From assembly GCF_963921235.1 (NCBI RefSeq), contig NC_086097.1, positions 496,001 through 560,000 of the forward strand: a stretch of 64,000 nucleotides of DNA. Reading direction: 5' to 3'. The position numbers and the translations under genes were made by a program. Every line of letters begins with the position of its first letter. Position 1 is the first letter of the stretch. Origin of the DNA: Mobula hypostoma (lineage: Eukaryota). Positions 25,454 through 37,679 of this stretch are shown here, piece by piece. A model generated the notes under the pieces. It worked only from the letters and a program-made list of their open reading frames with translations. It made no database searches and was not told where the DNA came from.

Positions 25454-27445
25454 AAGGGGATGGCGTTTTTGCAAGAGACAGGGTGAGAAGAGGAATAGTC
25501 CAGATAGTTGTGAGAGTCAGTAGGCTTATAGTAGACATCAGTGGATAAGCTGTCTCCAGAGACAGAGACAGAAAGATCTAGAAAGGGGAGGGAGGTGTCA
25601 GAAATGGACCAGGTAAACTTGAGGGCAGGGTGAAAGTTGGAGGCAAAGTTAATAAAGTTAACGAGTTCTGCATGCGTGCAGGAAGCAGCGCCAATGCAGT
25701 CGTCGATGTAGCGAAGGAAAAGTGGGGGACAGATACCAGAATAGGCACGGAACATAGATTGTTCCACAAACCCAACAAAAAGGCAGGCATAGCTAGGACC
25801 CATACGGGTGCCCATAGCTACACCTTTAGTTTGGAGGAAATGGGAGGAGCAAAAGGAGAAATTATTAAGAGTAAGGACTAATTCTGCTAGACGGAGCAGA
25901 GTGGTGGTAGAGGGGAACTGATTAGGTCTGGAATCCAAAAAGAAGCGTAGAGCTTTGAGACCTTCCTGATGGGGGATGGAAGTATATAGGGACTGGACAT
26001 CCAAGGTGAAAATAAAGCGGTGGGGGCCAGGGAACTTAAAATCATCGAAAAGTTTAAGAGCGTGAGAAGTGTCACGAACATAGGTCGGAAGGGATTGAAC
26101 AAGGGGTGATAAAACAGTGTCGAGGTATGCAGAAACGAGTTCGGTGGGGCAGGAGCAAGCTGAGACAATAGGTCGGCCAGGACAGGCAGGTTTGTGGATC
26201 TTGGGTAGGAGGTAGAAACGGGAAGTGCGGGGTGTGGGAACTATAAGGTTGGTAGCAGTGGATGGGAGATCCCCTGAGCGGATAAAGTCGTTGATAGTGT
26301 GGGAGACAATGGCCTGGTGCTCCTTAGTGGGGTCACGATCGAGGGGTAAATAAGAGGAGGTATCCGCGAGTTGTCGCTGTGCCTCGGCAAGGTAGAGGTC
26401 AGTACGCCAGACTACAACAACACCCCCCTTACCAACGGGTTTAATAATAATGTTAGGATTAGTGCGGAGGGAGCGGAGAGCAGAGCGTTCCGAAGGAGTG
26501 AGGTTGGAATGGGGACAAGGTGCGGTGAAGTCGAGACGGTTAATGTCCCGTCGGCAGTTGGCAATAAAGAGATCCAGAGCAGGCAGAAGACCAGAGCGGG
26601 GTGTCCATGAAGAAGAGGAGGGATGAAGACGGGAGAAGGGGTCATCGGTGGGGGTGGAAGAGTCCTTGCCGAAGAAGTAGGCTCGGAGACGGAGACGGCG
26701 GAAGAAAAGTTCCGCATCATGGCGAACACGGAACTCGCTGAGGTGTGGGCGAAGGGGGACAAACGTGAGGCCCTTACTGAGAACAGAGCGTTCTGCCTCC
26801 GACAGTTGAAGGTCGGAGGGGATGGTAAAGACCCGGCACGGATGAGAGCTGGGATCAGAGGGGGGAGGGGGGAGGCTGGTGGTGTCAATGGAGAGGGGAG
26901 GGTTGGGGTGAGAGGAAGATGGAGCCTCTGAGGGCCCAGGAGCTGACGGTGGGATCTGAGGAAGACGGGGCTGCGGAGTGGTGGTGGGGGAAGGGGAGAC
27001 GGGAGTCACAACAGCAGCACATAAAGACCCGGCCTGGAGTTCAAGGCTGGAGTCGCAGTTGGTGGTTGCGCGATCGCTTTGAATGTCTCCATGGTCGTTG
27101 CTGGAGTCCGGGTTTTGAATATGTCCTGAGGTGTTGGAGCCGCCGAGACCAACGGCAGAAGCCGCAACCGAAAGTTCATGCCTGCTAGCGTCGGGGCCGG
27201 CAGGCTCTGGAGTCCGTAGATGTAAGATCTTGCGATCTTTGCCTAACATGACAAAGTCAAAGAAACGGCGATTGCAGGCGTGGATCCGACGGAGGATGAA
27301 ATAGCGGGTAGGACCATTACAGAAGATCTTGCGATCTTTGCCTAACATGACAAAGTCAAAGAAACGGCGATTGCAGGCGTGGATCCGACGGAGGATGAAA
27401 TAGCGGGTAGGACCATTACAGAAGATCTTGCGATCTTTGCCTAAC
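25454..27445 (-). CDS. Penelope-like reverse transcriptase (inverted part, open frame)
   Basis: LSKGLTFVP, FYLLPKIHK...GRPIVS, DVQSLYTSIP, GVAMGTRMGPSYA, RYIDD, LPFLD, YYKPTD. Ends at HPVSCKNAIPF. Confidence 0.92.
27224..27445. repeat. 99-bp tandem repeat, about 2.2 copies
   Basis: The unit starting aagatcttgcgatctttgcctaac recurs at 27224, 27323 and 27422. Confidence 0.95.
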
Positions 27446-27446
27446 C

Positions 27447-28286
27447 CCTGTCTCTTGCAAAAACGCCATCCCCTTCTCGCAATTCCTCCGTCTCCGCCGC
27501 ATCTGCTCTCAGGATGAGGCTTTTCATTCTAGGACGAGGGAGATGTCTTCATTTTTTAAAGAAAGGGGCTTCCCTTCCTCCACTATCAACTCTGCTCTTA
27601 AACGCATCTCCCCCATTTCACGTACATCTGCTGTCACTCCATCCTCCCACCACCCCACTAGGAATAGGGTTCCCCTGGTCCTCACCTACCACCCCACCAG
27701 CCTCCGGGTCCAACATATTATTCTCCGTAACTTCCGCCACCTCCAACGGGATCCCACCACTAAGCATATCTTTCCCTCCCCGCCTCTCTCTGCATTCCGC
27801 AGGGATCGCTCCCTACACAACTCCCTTGTTCATTCGTCCCCCCCATCCCTCCCCACTGATCTCCCTCCTGGCACTTATCCGTGTAAGCGGAACAAGTGCT
27901 ACACATGCCCTTACACTTCCTCCCTTACCACCATTCAGGGCCCCAAACAGTCCTTCCAGGTGAGGCATCACTTCACCTGTGAGTCGACTGGGGTGATATA
28001 CTGCGTCTGGTGCTCCCGATGTGGCCTTTTATATATTGGTGAGACCCGACGCAGACTGGGAGACCGCTTTGCTGAACATCTACGCTCTGTCCGCCAGAGA
28101 AAGCAGGATCTCCCAGTGGCCACACATTTTAATTCCACATCCCATTCCCATTCTGACATGTCTATCCACGGCCTCCTCTACTGTAAAGATGAAGCCACAC
28201 TCAGGTTGGAGGAACAACACCTTATATTCCGTCTGGGTAGCCTCCAACCTGATGGCATGAACATTGACTTCTCTAACTTCCGCTAG
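27447..28286 (+). CDS. Penelope-like RT thumb, linker and GIY-YIG endonuclease (open frame)
   Basis: PVSCKNAIPFSQFLRLRRICS...CKRNKCYTC...GVIYCVWCSRCGLLYIGET...RFAEH...HF...LEEQHLIFRLGSLQPDGMN. Confidence 0.93.
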   Translation, partial: PVSCKNAIPFSQFLRLRRICSQDEAFHSRTREMSSFFKERGFPSSTINSALKRISPISRTSAVTPSSHHPTRNRVPLVLTYHPTSLRVQHIILRNFRHLQRDPTTKHIFPSPPLSAFRRDRSLHNSLVHSSPPSLPTDLPPGTYPCKRNKCYTCPYTSSLTTIQGPKQSFQVRHHFTCESTGVIYCVWCSRCGLLYIGETRRRLGDRFAEHLRSVRQRKQDLPVATHFNSTSHSHSDMSIHGLLYCKDEATLRLEEQHLIFRLGSLQPDGMNIDFSNFR

Positions 28287-28578
28287 GCCCCACCTCCCCC
28301 TCGTACCCCATCTGTTACTCTTTTTAATGCACACATTCTTTCTCTCACTCTCCTTTTTCTCCCTCTGTCCCTCTGAATATACCTCTTGCCCATCCTCTGG
28401 GTCACCCCCCCCCGTCTTTCTTCCCGGACCTCCTGTCCCATGATCCTCTCGTATCCCCTTCTGCCTATCACCTGTCCAGCTCTCGGCTCCATCCCTCCCC
28501 CTCCTGTCTTCTCCTATCATTTTGCATCTCCCCCTCCCCCTCCAGCTTTCAAATCCCTTACTCACTCTTCCTTCAGTT

Positions 28579-28614
28579 AGTCCTGACGAAGGGTCTCGGC
28601 CTGAAACGTCGACT
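28579..28614 (+). ncRNA. Minimal type I hammerhead ribozyme in a PLE pLTR
   Basis: agtc-CTGACGA-agg gtctcgg cct-GAAA-cg-TC-gact. Stem I agtc/gact, stem II agg/cct, palindromic minimal stem III, predicted cleavage after GTC at 28610. Confidence 0.88.
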
Positions 28615-28675
28615 GCGCCTCTTCCTATAGATGCTGCCTGGCCTGCTGCGTTCACCAGCAACTTTGATGTATGTT

Positions 28676-29745
28676 ACTTTCTTAACCACTCTGGTTCAGC
28701 TAACTGGCCTATAATTTCCTCTCTTTTGTTTTCCTCCCCTTTTAAAGAGTGCAGTGCCATTTGCAATTTTCCAGTCCTCTGGGACCATGCGGGAATCAGG
28801 TGATTCTTGAAAGATCATGACCAATGCATCTGTTATTTCTTCAGCAAACTCTTTCAAGACTCTAGGGTGTAGTCCATCTAGTCCAGGACTCACCCACCTT
28901 AAGACTTTTCAGTTTGCCAAGTACTTTTTCCTTTGCAATAGCCAATGCCTCACTCCTGCTAACCGACCACTCACAAACCTCTGGCATACAGCTAGTGTCT
29001 TCCACAATAAAGACTGAAGCAAAGTACTTATTAAGTTCATCTGCCATTTCTTCATCCCCATTACTACCTCACCAGCATCATTTTCCTGTGGTTCAATATC
29101 AACTCTCACATCCCTTTTACTCTTTATATAACCGGAAAAACGTTTTCTATCCTGCTTTATATTATCAGCTAGTTTGCCCTCACTTTTCATCTTTTCCCTT
29201 CTTATAGCTCTTTTTACTAGCCTTTTGTTGGATTTTAAAAGCTTCCCAATCATAAGACCATAAGACATAGCAGCAGAAGTAGGCCATTTGGCCCATCGAG
29301 TATGCCCCGCCATTCAATCATGGGTTGATCCAATTTTTGCAGTCATCCCCACTCCCTTGCCTTCTCCCCATACTCTTTGGTATCATCATCCCACTTTTGC
29401 CACCTTATATGCCTCTTCCTTGACTTTTATACAGTTCTTAACTCCCCTCATCAGCCACGGTTGCCTAGCCCCGCCATTTGAGAACATCTTAGTCTGTGGG
29501 ACAAATCTATCCTGCGCCTTGTGAACTGTTCCCAGAAACTCCAGCCACCTCTGCTCTGCCATCATCCCTGCCAGTATCCCCCTCCAATCCACCTGGGCAA
29601 GCTCTTCTCTCATGCCTCTGTAATTCCCTTTATTCCATTGCAATACTGATACATGTGACTTCTTCCTCTCAAACTGCAGTATGAATTCAATTATATTATG
29701 ATCACTGCCTCCTAAGGGTTCCTTTACATTGAGCTCCCTAATAAG
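28676..29745 (-). mobile_element. CR1 ORF2 fragment, with a small CR1 3'-end insert at about 29250-29380
   Basis: [14 protein letters not shown]...NYRPVS. The insert begins with the tail cataagaccataagac. Confidence 0.8.
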
Positions 29746-29749
29746 ATAT

Positions 29750-32085
29750 TAGATTAGATTACAGCGAGACATTGATAGGATGCAAAACTGGGCTGAGAAG
29801 TGGCAGATGGAGTTCAACCCAGATAAGTGTGAAGTGGTTCATTTTAGTAGGTCAAATGTGATGGCAGAATATAGTATTAATGGTAAGACTCTTGGCAGTG
29901 TGGAGGATCAGAGAGATCTTGGGGTCCGAGTCCATAGGACACTCAAAGCAGCTGCGCAGGTTAAGAAAGCTTACGGTGTATTGGCCTTCATCAATCATGG
30001 AATTGAATTTAGGAACTGAGAGGTAATGTTGTAGCTATATAGGACCCTGGTCAGATCATACTTGGAGTACTGTGCTCAGTTCTGGTCGCCTCACTACAGG
30101 AAGGATGTGGAAGCCATAGATAGGCAACGGTGGTGGAGGTGGATACGACAGAGTCTTTTAAGAGACTTTTAGATAGATGGTACATGGAGCTTAGTAAAAT
30201 AGAGGGCTATGGGTAAGCCTAGTAATTTCTAAGGTAGGGACATGTTTGGCACAACTCTGTGGGCCGAAGGGCCTGTATTGTGCTGTAGGTTTTCTATGTT
30301 TCTATATGCGTTATTACACAACACCCAGGCTAAGACAGCCTTTCCCTGAGTTGGCTTTAAGCACAAGCTGCTCTAAAAAGCCAACTCGTCAGCATTTGAC
30401 AAATTACCTCTCTTGCGATCTGTCACCAGCCAGGTTTTCCTAATCCCCGTGCATATTGAAGTTTCCCCATGATAGTTATGACATTACCCTTATTACAGGC
30501 CTTTTCCAGCTTCCTTTGCAATCTCAACTCCACATCTTGGCTACTACTTGGAGGCCTATATATGATTCCCATACTGGTTTTTTTACCTTTACAATTTCTA
30601 AACTCCATGCACAAAGATTCAACATTCTCTGACCCCATGTCACCTCTTTCTAAAGCTGTAATTCCATTTCTGACCAATAGCCACACCACCACATAGGACT
30701 TCCTGCCCGGCCTTTTGATACAAAGTATATCTTTTGATGTTAAACCCCCAACTATGACCTTCTTTCACGCAGGACTCAGTGGTGCCCGGAACGTCATACT
30801 GACCAATCTCTAATTGCGCCACAAGTTTGTCCACCGTATTCCGACTGCTACTGCTCCTTCAGTTCTGTGTTCTTCGCCCTCAAGACATAAGATTTTATCT
30901 TGTTATGCAGCCCTATCTGTGGCACCTTATCAAATGCCCTTTGAAAATCCAAATAAATGACATCCACTGCCTCTCCTTTGTCCACCTGCTTGTGCTTCCT
31001 CGAAGAACTCTAACAGATTTGTCAGGCAAAATTTTCCCTTTGTAGGAGGCAGCGAGTAGGAATTTCCTTTTCTGGTTGGCTGGCAGTGCCTAGTGGCTGC
31101 ACAGGTCGTTGTTGGGACTGCTTCTTTTTATGCAGACTGTCAGTGATTTAGATGATGGAATAGATGGCTTTGTTGCCAAGTTTGCAGATGATACGAAGAT
31201 TGGTGGAGGGGCAGGTAGTGTTGAGGAAATAGGCAGGATGCAAAAGGACTTAGACAGATTAGGAGTATGGGCAAGAAAGTGGCAAATGAAAGACAATGTT
31301 GAAATGCATGGTCATGCACTTTGATAGTATAAGTGAATATGCAGACTCTTTTCCAAACGGAGAAAATCCAAAAAGCTGAGATGCAAAGGGACTTGGGAGT
31401 CCTTGTGCAGAACACCCTAAAGGTTAACTTGCAGGTAGAGTTGGTGATGCAACGTTAGCATTCATTTTCAAGAGGTCTAGAATACAAGAGGAGGGATGTG
31501 ATATTGAGGCTCAAATAGGCATTGGCGAGGCCTCACCTTGAGTATTGTAAATGGTTTTAGGCTCCTCATCTAAGAAAAGATGTGCTGGCATTAGAGATGG
31601 TTCAGAGAAGGTTAACAAGGATGATACTGGGAATGAAAGGGTTTTAAACATAGAACATAGAACATAGAATAGTACAGCACAGTACAGGCCCTTCGGCCCA
31701 CAATGTTGTGCTGACCCTCAAACCCTGCCTCCCAGATGGGTCGAACTCCATCTGCCACTTCTCAGCGCAATTCTGCATCCTATCAATGTCTCTCTGCAAT
31801 CTTTGACAATCCTCTACACTATCTACAACACCACCAACCTTTGTGTCGTCTACAAACTTGCCAACCCACCCTTCTACCCCCACATCCAGGTCGTTAATAA
31901 AAATCACGAAAAGTAGAGGTCCCAGAACAGATCCTTGTGGGACACCACTAGTCACAATCCTCCAATCTGAATGTATTCCCTCCACCACGACCCTCTGCCT
32001 TCTGCAGGCAAGTCAATTCTGAATCCACCTGGCCAAACTTCCCTGGATCCCATGCCTTCTGACTTTCTGAATAAGCCTACCGTGC
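29750..32085. mobile_element. Cluster of CR1 fragments in alternating orientation (+29750-30307, -30308-31040, +31045-31642, -31645-32085)
   Basis: WAEKWQMEFN, FADDTKIGG and [11 protein letters not shown] motifs. Tails (TTTCTATG) and (GTTCTAT). Confidence 0.8.
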
Positions 32086-32309
32086 TGCCCCATCTTGTAC
32101 ACTGACTGCAGTATTCACATTTCCACCCACAGCTGACTTTAAATGGTTTTAACAGTTATTATCATAACATTGTATTCATTGCATCCAAAAGTAAAATGAG
32201 GATTGTGCTTATGTAGTTATTTAAAAAAAAATCAAATAGTTCTAGGATTTTGAAATGTATCAAATGCAATTAATTTTGGAGTGTGGTGCATTCTGTGAAG
32301 GCTAATTTC

Positions 32310-34240
32310 ATAATTAAGTATCTCTGCTATCTCCTCCAGTTCCATACACACTTTTCCACTGTCACACTTGATTAGTTCTATTCTCTCATGTCTTATCCTC
32401 TTGCTCTTCACGTACTTGTAGACTGTCTTGGGGTAAGACAATCCCTCCATGACTTCCTCCTTTTCCACAGCCGTGACACTATCTCTGATCAGCAGTGCCA
32501 TGCTCCCACCTCTTTTGCCTCCTTCCCTGTCCTTTCTGAAACACCTCTAAGTAACCACCCCTGCCCCTCTCCATCCAAGTCTCTGTAATGGCCACAAGAT
32601 CATAGCTCCAAGTACTGATCCATGCTCTAAGCTCATCCACTTTGTTCATGATGCTTATTGCATTAAAATAGACACATCTCAACCCATCGAACTGAGCACA
32701 TCCCTTCTCTATCGCCTGCCTATCTTCCCTCACACACCGTCTCCGAGCTTCCTCTATTTGTGAGCCAACAGCCCCTTCCTCTGTCTCTTCAGTTCTGTTC
32801 CCACCCTTCAGCAATCAAGTTTAAACTCTCCCCAATAGTCTTAACAATCTTCCCTGCCAGAATATTGGTCCCCCTCAGATTCAAGTGCAAACCGTTCTTT
32901 TTTGTACAGGTCACGCCTGTCCCAAAAGAGGTCCCAATGATCCAGAAATCTGAATGCCTGCCCCCTGCTCCAATCCCTCAGCCACGCATTTATCCTCCAC
33001 CTCACTCCTTTTTGTGTTCGTCCATCGTTGTCCATGAGGACCTCGACACTATTATGATGGTGTCAAGACTAGCACGTGATTTGGATTTAAGTGAGGGAGA
33101 GTTGCACAGCGTCTGCCTCACTCTCTCTTCCCAAATCCCATCTGGATCCAGTGGCAAGACAGAGTCGACAGCTACGGGGAGCCACAGGTGAGAGCTGAGT
33201 GCCAGGTGGGGACCAACGGTGGACTAACTGCCTTGAAAAGGACGCAACATGTTCCCCCACCAGAGATGCTACCCCTCCCTGACACCCCACCTCACTCTAT
33301 TCCTATACTCACTGTCACTTGGCACAGTCAGTAATCCCAAGATTATTACCTTTAAGGTCCTGCTTCTCAACTTCCTTTCTAACTGCCTGTAGTCTGTTTT
33401 CAGGACCTCCTCCCTTTTCCTACCTATGTCATTGGTACCAATATGTACCACGACCTCTGGCTGTTCACCTTCCCACTTCAGGATATTGTGGAGGCAATCA
33501 GAAACATCCCGGACTCTGGCACCTGGGAGGCAAACTACCATCCGAGTTTCTTTCCTGCATCCACAGAATCTCCTGTCTTATCCCCTAACTATAGCGTCCC
33601 TTATCACTGCTGCCATCCTGTTCCTTTCCCTACCCTTCTGAGCCACAGGGCCAGACTGTGTGCCAAAGGCACGGCCACTATTGCTTCCCCCAGGTAGGCT
33701 GTCTCCCCCACTAGTACTCAATCAGGAGTACTTATTGTTAAGGGGGACAGCCACAGGGTACTCTCTAGTATCTGACACCTGCCCTTCCCTCTCCTGACTG
33801 TTACCAACGTATCTGTCTCCTGTAGTCCCGATCTGACTACCTGCTTATAGCTGCTCTCCATCACCTCCTCACTTTCCCTGAGCAGACGAAGGTCAGCAAG
33901 CTGCAACTCCAGTTCCCTAACCCGGTCCCTAAGGAGCTGCAGCTCGACACACCTGGAGCAGGTATGGCCTTCCAGGAGGCTGGGAGTCTCCCGGACTTCC
34001 CACATCTGACACTCAGTACAGAACACCGGCCTCACAGACATACTTCCTGTTTCTATTCTTCACAAGTAACCTACCTCTCCTCAATCTGTTATCGCTGAAG
34101 CCCCGTTGAGGCAAAGCCCTCCTACTCTGACTCCCTCTACAATTCGCTGGCTCTATAAAGCTGTCACCTTTTAAACTCTTGGCACTGGTCTAACTTGCTG
34201 ACGCCAACGCGCTTGCACAGTCATCCCTCGATTCCTTGTC
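32310..34240 (-). mobile_element. CR1 5' region: 5' UTR, ORF1 (C2HC zinc finger, coiled coil, esterase) and ORF2 start
   Basis: MSVRPVFCTECQMWE...HTCSRC..LQLL.DRV.ELE.QL, CLPGARV...VHIGTNDIG, and VYFNA.SI.NK...D.VAITETW. Confidence 0.88.
33008..33286 (-). mobile_element. 279-bp TSD-flanked short retroposon, possibly RTE-derived
   Basis: 11-bp TSD ccacctcactc at 32997-33007 and 33287-33297, interrupting CR1 ORF1. Family assignment is tentative. Confidence 0.7.
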
Positions 34241-34474
34241 AGTCACAGTTGCCTAGCCCTGCCATTTGAGAATAACTTCTTCTGTGGGACATATCTAACC
34301 TGCGCCTTGTGAACCATTCCCAGAAACTTCAGGCACCTCTGCTCTCCCATCATCCCAGCCAGTATCCTCCTCCAATCCACCTTAGCAGCTCTTCTCTCAT
34401 GTCTCTGTAATTTCCTTTATTCCATTATAATACTGATATATCCAATTTATGCTTCTCCCTCTCAAACTGCAGTA

Positions 34475-36417
34475 GATGGAAATAGAGAGGAGCTGAGATC
34501 AATACAGAGGGACCTGAAAGCCAGGATCAGGGAGGTTAAAGACAGGTATAGGAGGAAGCTTGAGTGGAAACTCCAGCAGAGTAACATGAGAGAGGTCTGG
34601 ACTGGGATGAGGACCATCACTGGGTTCCGGCAAACTAGCAACAGAGGAGCTGAAGGCAGTGTGGACAGGGCCAACGAACTTAACCTGTTCTTTATCAGAT
34701 TTGACATTGTGGCCCCTGCCCATCCCCCACATGATTCATCTGGTGTCAGCCCCCAACCAACACGTATTCCACTCTCCCCTCCTACCCCTCCTCATAGTCA
34801 CCCACCCTGCTCTCATGACTATACCCCTTTCCCACACGAAACCACCACGGTGGGCTTCACAGCTGGACAGGTGAGAAGACAGCTGAAACGTCTCAATCCA
34901 AGCAAGGCTGCAGGACCAGATGGTGTCAGTACCAGGGTGCTCAAAGCCTGTGCCCCTCAGCTATGTGGAGTACTTCGCCATGTCTTCAACCTGAGCCTGA
35001 AGCTCTGGAGGGTTCCTGTACTGTGGAAGATGTCCTGCCTCGTCCCTGTGCCGAAGACGCCACGCCCCAGCGGCCTCAACATCTACAGACGGGTGGCATT
35101 GACCTCCCACATCATGAAGACCCTGGAGAGACTTGTTCTGGAGCTGCTCCGGCCTATGGTCAGGCCACACTTAGATCCCCTCCAGTTTGCCTACCAGCCC
35201 CGACTAGGAGTTGAGGATGCCATCGTCTACCTGCTCAACCCTGTCTACGCCCACTTGGACAAGCCAGTGAGCACTGTGAGGGTCATGTTTTTTGACTTCT
35301 CCAGTGCGTTCAACACCATCTGCCCTGCTTTGCTGGGGGAGAAACTGACAGCGATGCAGGTGGATGCTTTCCTGGTGTCATGGATTCTTGATTACCTGAC
35401 TGGCAGACCACAGTATGTGTGCTTGCAACACTGTGTGTCCGACAGAGTGATCAGCAGCACAGGGGCTCCACAGGGGACTGTCTTGTCTCCCTTTCTCTTC
35501 ACCATTTACACCTTGGACTTCAACTACTGCACAAAGTCTTGTCATCTTCAAAAGTTTTCTGATGACTCTGCCATAGTTGGATGCATCAGCAGGGGAGATG
35601 AGGCTGAGTACAGGGCTACGGTAGGAAACTTTGTCACATGGTGTGAGCAGAATTATCTGCAGCTTAATGTGAAAAAGACTAAGGAGCTGGTGGTAAACCT
35701 GAGGAGGGCTAAGGTACCGGTGACCCCTGTTTCCATCCAGGGGGTCAATGTGGACATGGTGGAGGATTACAAATACCTGGGGATACGAACTGACAATAAA
35801 CTGGACTGGTCAAAGAACACTGAGGCTGTCTACAAGAAGGGTCAGAGCCGTCTCTATTTCCTGAGGAGACTGAGGTCCTTTAACATCTGCCAGACGATGC
35901 TGAGGATGTTCTACGAGTCTGTGGTGGCCAGTGCGATCATGTTTGCTGTTGTGTGCTGGGGCAGCAGGCTGAGGGTAGCAGCCACCAACAGAATCAACAA
36001 ACTCATTCGTAAGGCCAATGATGTTGTGGGGATGGAACTGGACTCTCTCACGGTGGTGTCTGAAAAGAGGATGCTGTCCAAGTTGCATGCCATCTTGGAC
36101 AATGTCTCCCATCCACTACATAATGGACTGGTTAGGCACAGGAGTACATTCAGCCAGAGACTCATTCCACCGAGATGCAACACTGAGCGTCATAGGAAGT
36201 CATTCCTGCCTGTGGCCATCAAACTTTAGAACTCCTCCCTTGGAGGGTCAGACACCCTGAGCCAATAGGCTGGCCCTGGACTTATTTCCTGGCATAATTT
36301 ACATATTACTATTAATTATTTATGGTTTTATTACTATTTAATTATTTATGGTGCAACTGTAACAAAAACCAATTTCCCCCGGGATCAATAAAGTATGACT
36401 ATGACTATGACTATGAC
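34475..36417 (+). mobile_element. Young Rex1/Babar LINE, 5'-truncated, intact RT ORF to 36229, (TATGAC)n tail
   Basis: KAAGPDG, PVPK, ALTSHIMKTLERL, DPLQFAY, FFDFSSAFNTI, GAPQGTVLSP, KFSDD, YKYLG. Followed by aataaag and tatgac x4. Confidence 0.93.
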
Positions 36418-36629
36418 TGCCTCCTAAGGGTTCATTTACCAGGGTGTTACGGTTAAAGGTTTCACTGCTAACGTAATGGTCTTTCTGTAGAAGCAGTGTT
36501 TGGGTTTTGGTTAGAGATAACGGGTGCATTGGAATATGAGTCATCCAATCAGGAAAGCGGGATTCTTTTTTGCATTGCTAACCACGGATAGTGTCACGGC
36601 TGCAGAAAAGAAGGAAGTCATGGAGGGTT

Positions 36630-36885
36630 TCATAACTTCAAGCTATCAAGGCTGCAAAACAACAATATAGGGACAAGATTGAGTCAAGATTCACAACAAA
36701 TAGCACATGTGACTTGTGGCGAGGGCTGCATACCATCACAAACTTCAAAGCCAAACGTTGTGGTGCTGCCAACACCACAGTCTCTCTCCCAGATGAGCTC
36801 AATTGCTTTTATGCTTGGTTCGATGTCACTAATTCTGAGCCTCTGAGGAAAGTCACCGCTACAATTTGCAATCTGGTCATCTCTA
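36630..36885 (+). mobile_element. Rex1/Babar fragment
   Basis: WRGLHTITNFK...LPDELNCFYAWFD. Confidence 0.7.
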
Positions 36886-36889
36886 TATC

Positions 36890-37551
36890 TCTCTCCCGAT
36901 GTGGCCTTCTATATATTGGCGAGACGTGATGCAGACTGGGAGATCGTTTCGCTGAACACCTATGCTCTGTCTGCCAGAGAAAGCAGGACCTCCCAGTGGC
37001 CACACATTTTAATTCTACATCCCATTCTGATATGTCTATCCACTGTCTCCTCTACTGTAAAGATGAAGCCACACTCAGGTTGGAGGAACAACACCTTATA
37101 TTCCGTCTGGGTAGCCTCCAACCTGATGGCATGAACATTGACTTCTCAAACTTCCGCTAATGCCCCACCTCCCCCTCGTACCCCATCTGTTATTTATTTA
37201 TATATACACATTCTTTTTCTCTCTCTCCTTTTTCTCCCTCTGTCCCTCTCACTATACCCCTTGCCCATCCTCTGGGTTTTCCCCCCTCCCCCTTTTCTTT
37301 CTCCCTAGGCCGCCTGTCCCATGATCCTCTCATATCCCCTTTGCCAATCACCTGTCCAGCTCTTGGCTCCATCCCTCCCTCTCCTGTCTTCTATCATTTT
37401 GGATCTCCCCCTCCCCTTCCCACTTTCAAATCTCTTACTAACTTTTCTTTCAGTTAGTCCTGACGAAAGGTCTCGGCCCGAAACGTCGACTGTACCTCTT
37501 CCTAGAGATGCTGCCTGGCCTGCTGCGTTCACCAGCAACTTTGATGTGTGT
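36890..37551 (+). mobile_element. 5'-truncated Penelope-like element (GIY-YIG end and pLTR)
   Basis: High similarity to 28010-28672. Confidence 0.92.
37456..37491 (+). ncRNA. Minimal type I hammerhead ribozyme
   Basis: agtc-CTGACGA-aagg tctcgg ccc-GAAA-cg-TC-gact. Catalytic core intact; stem II weakened. Confidence 0.8.
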
Positions 37552-37679
37552 GGATAGAAATGCCTGGCCTGGTTCAAAGGCAGGCTATCTTGTCCTAACC
37601 TCCACTCTACTAGCCTCCATGTCCAATGGCTCATTTTCCACAATTTCCACCACTTTCACTACAAAGCTACCTCTAATCA

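Larger units (their letters stand above)
25427..28675. mobile_element. Penelope-like element (Penelope/Poseidon type) with inverted RT segment and 14-bp TSD
   Basis: TSD actttcttaaccac at 25413-25426 and 28676-28689. RT is on the minus strand; GIY-YIG, pLTR and hammerhead are on the plus strand. Confidence 0.93.
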
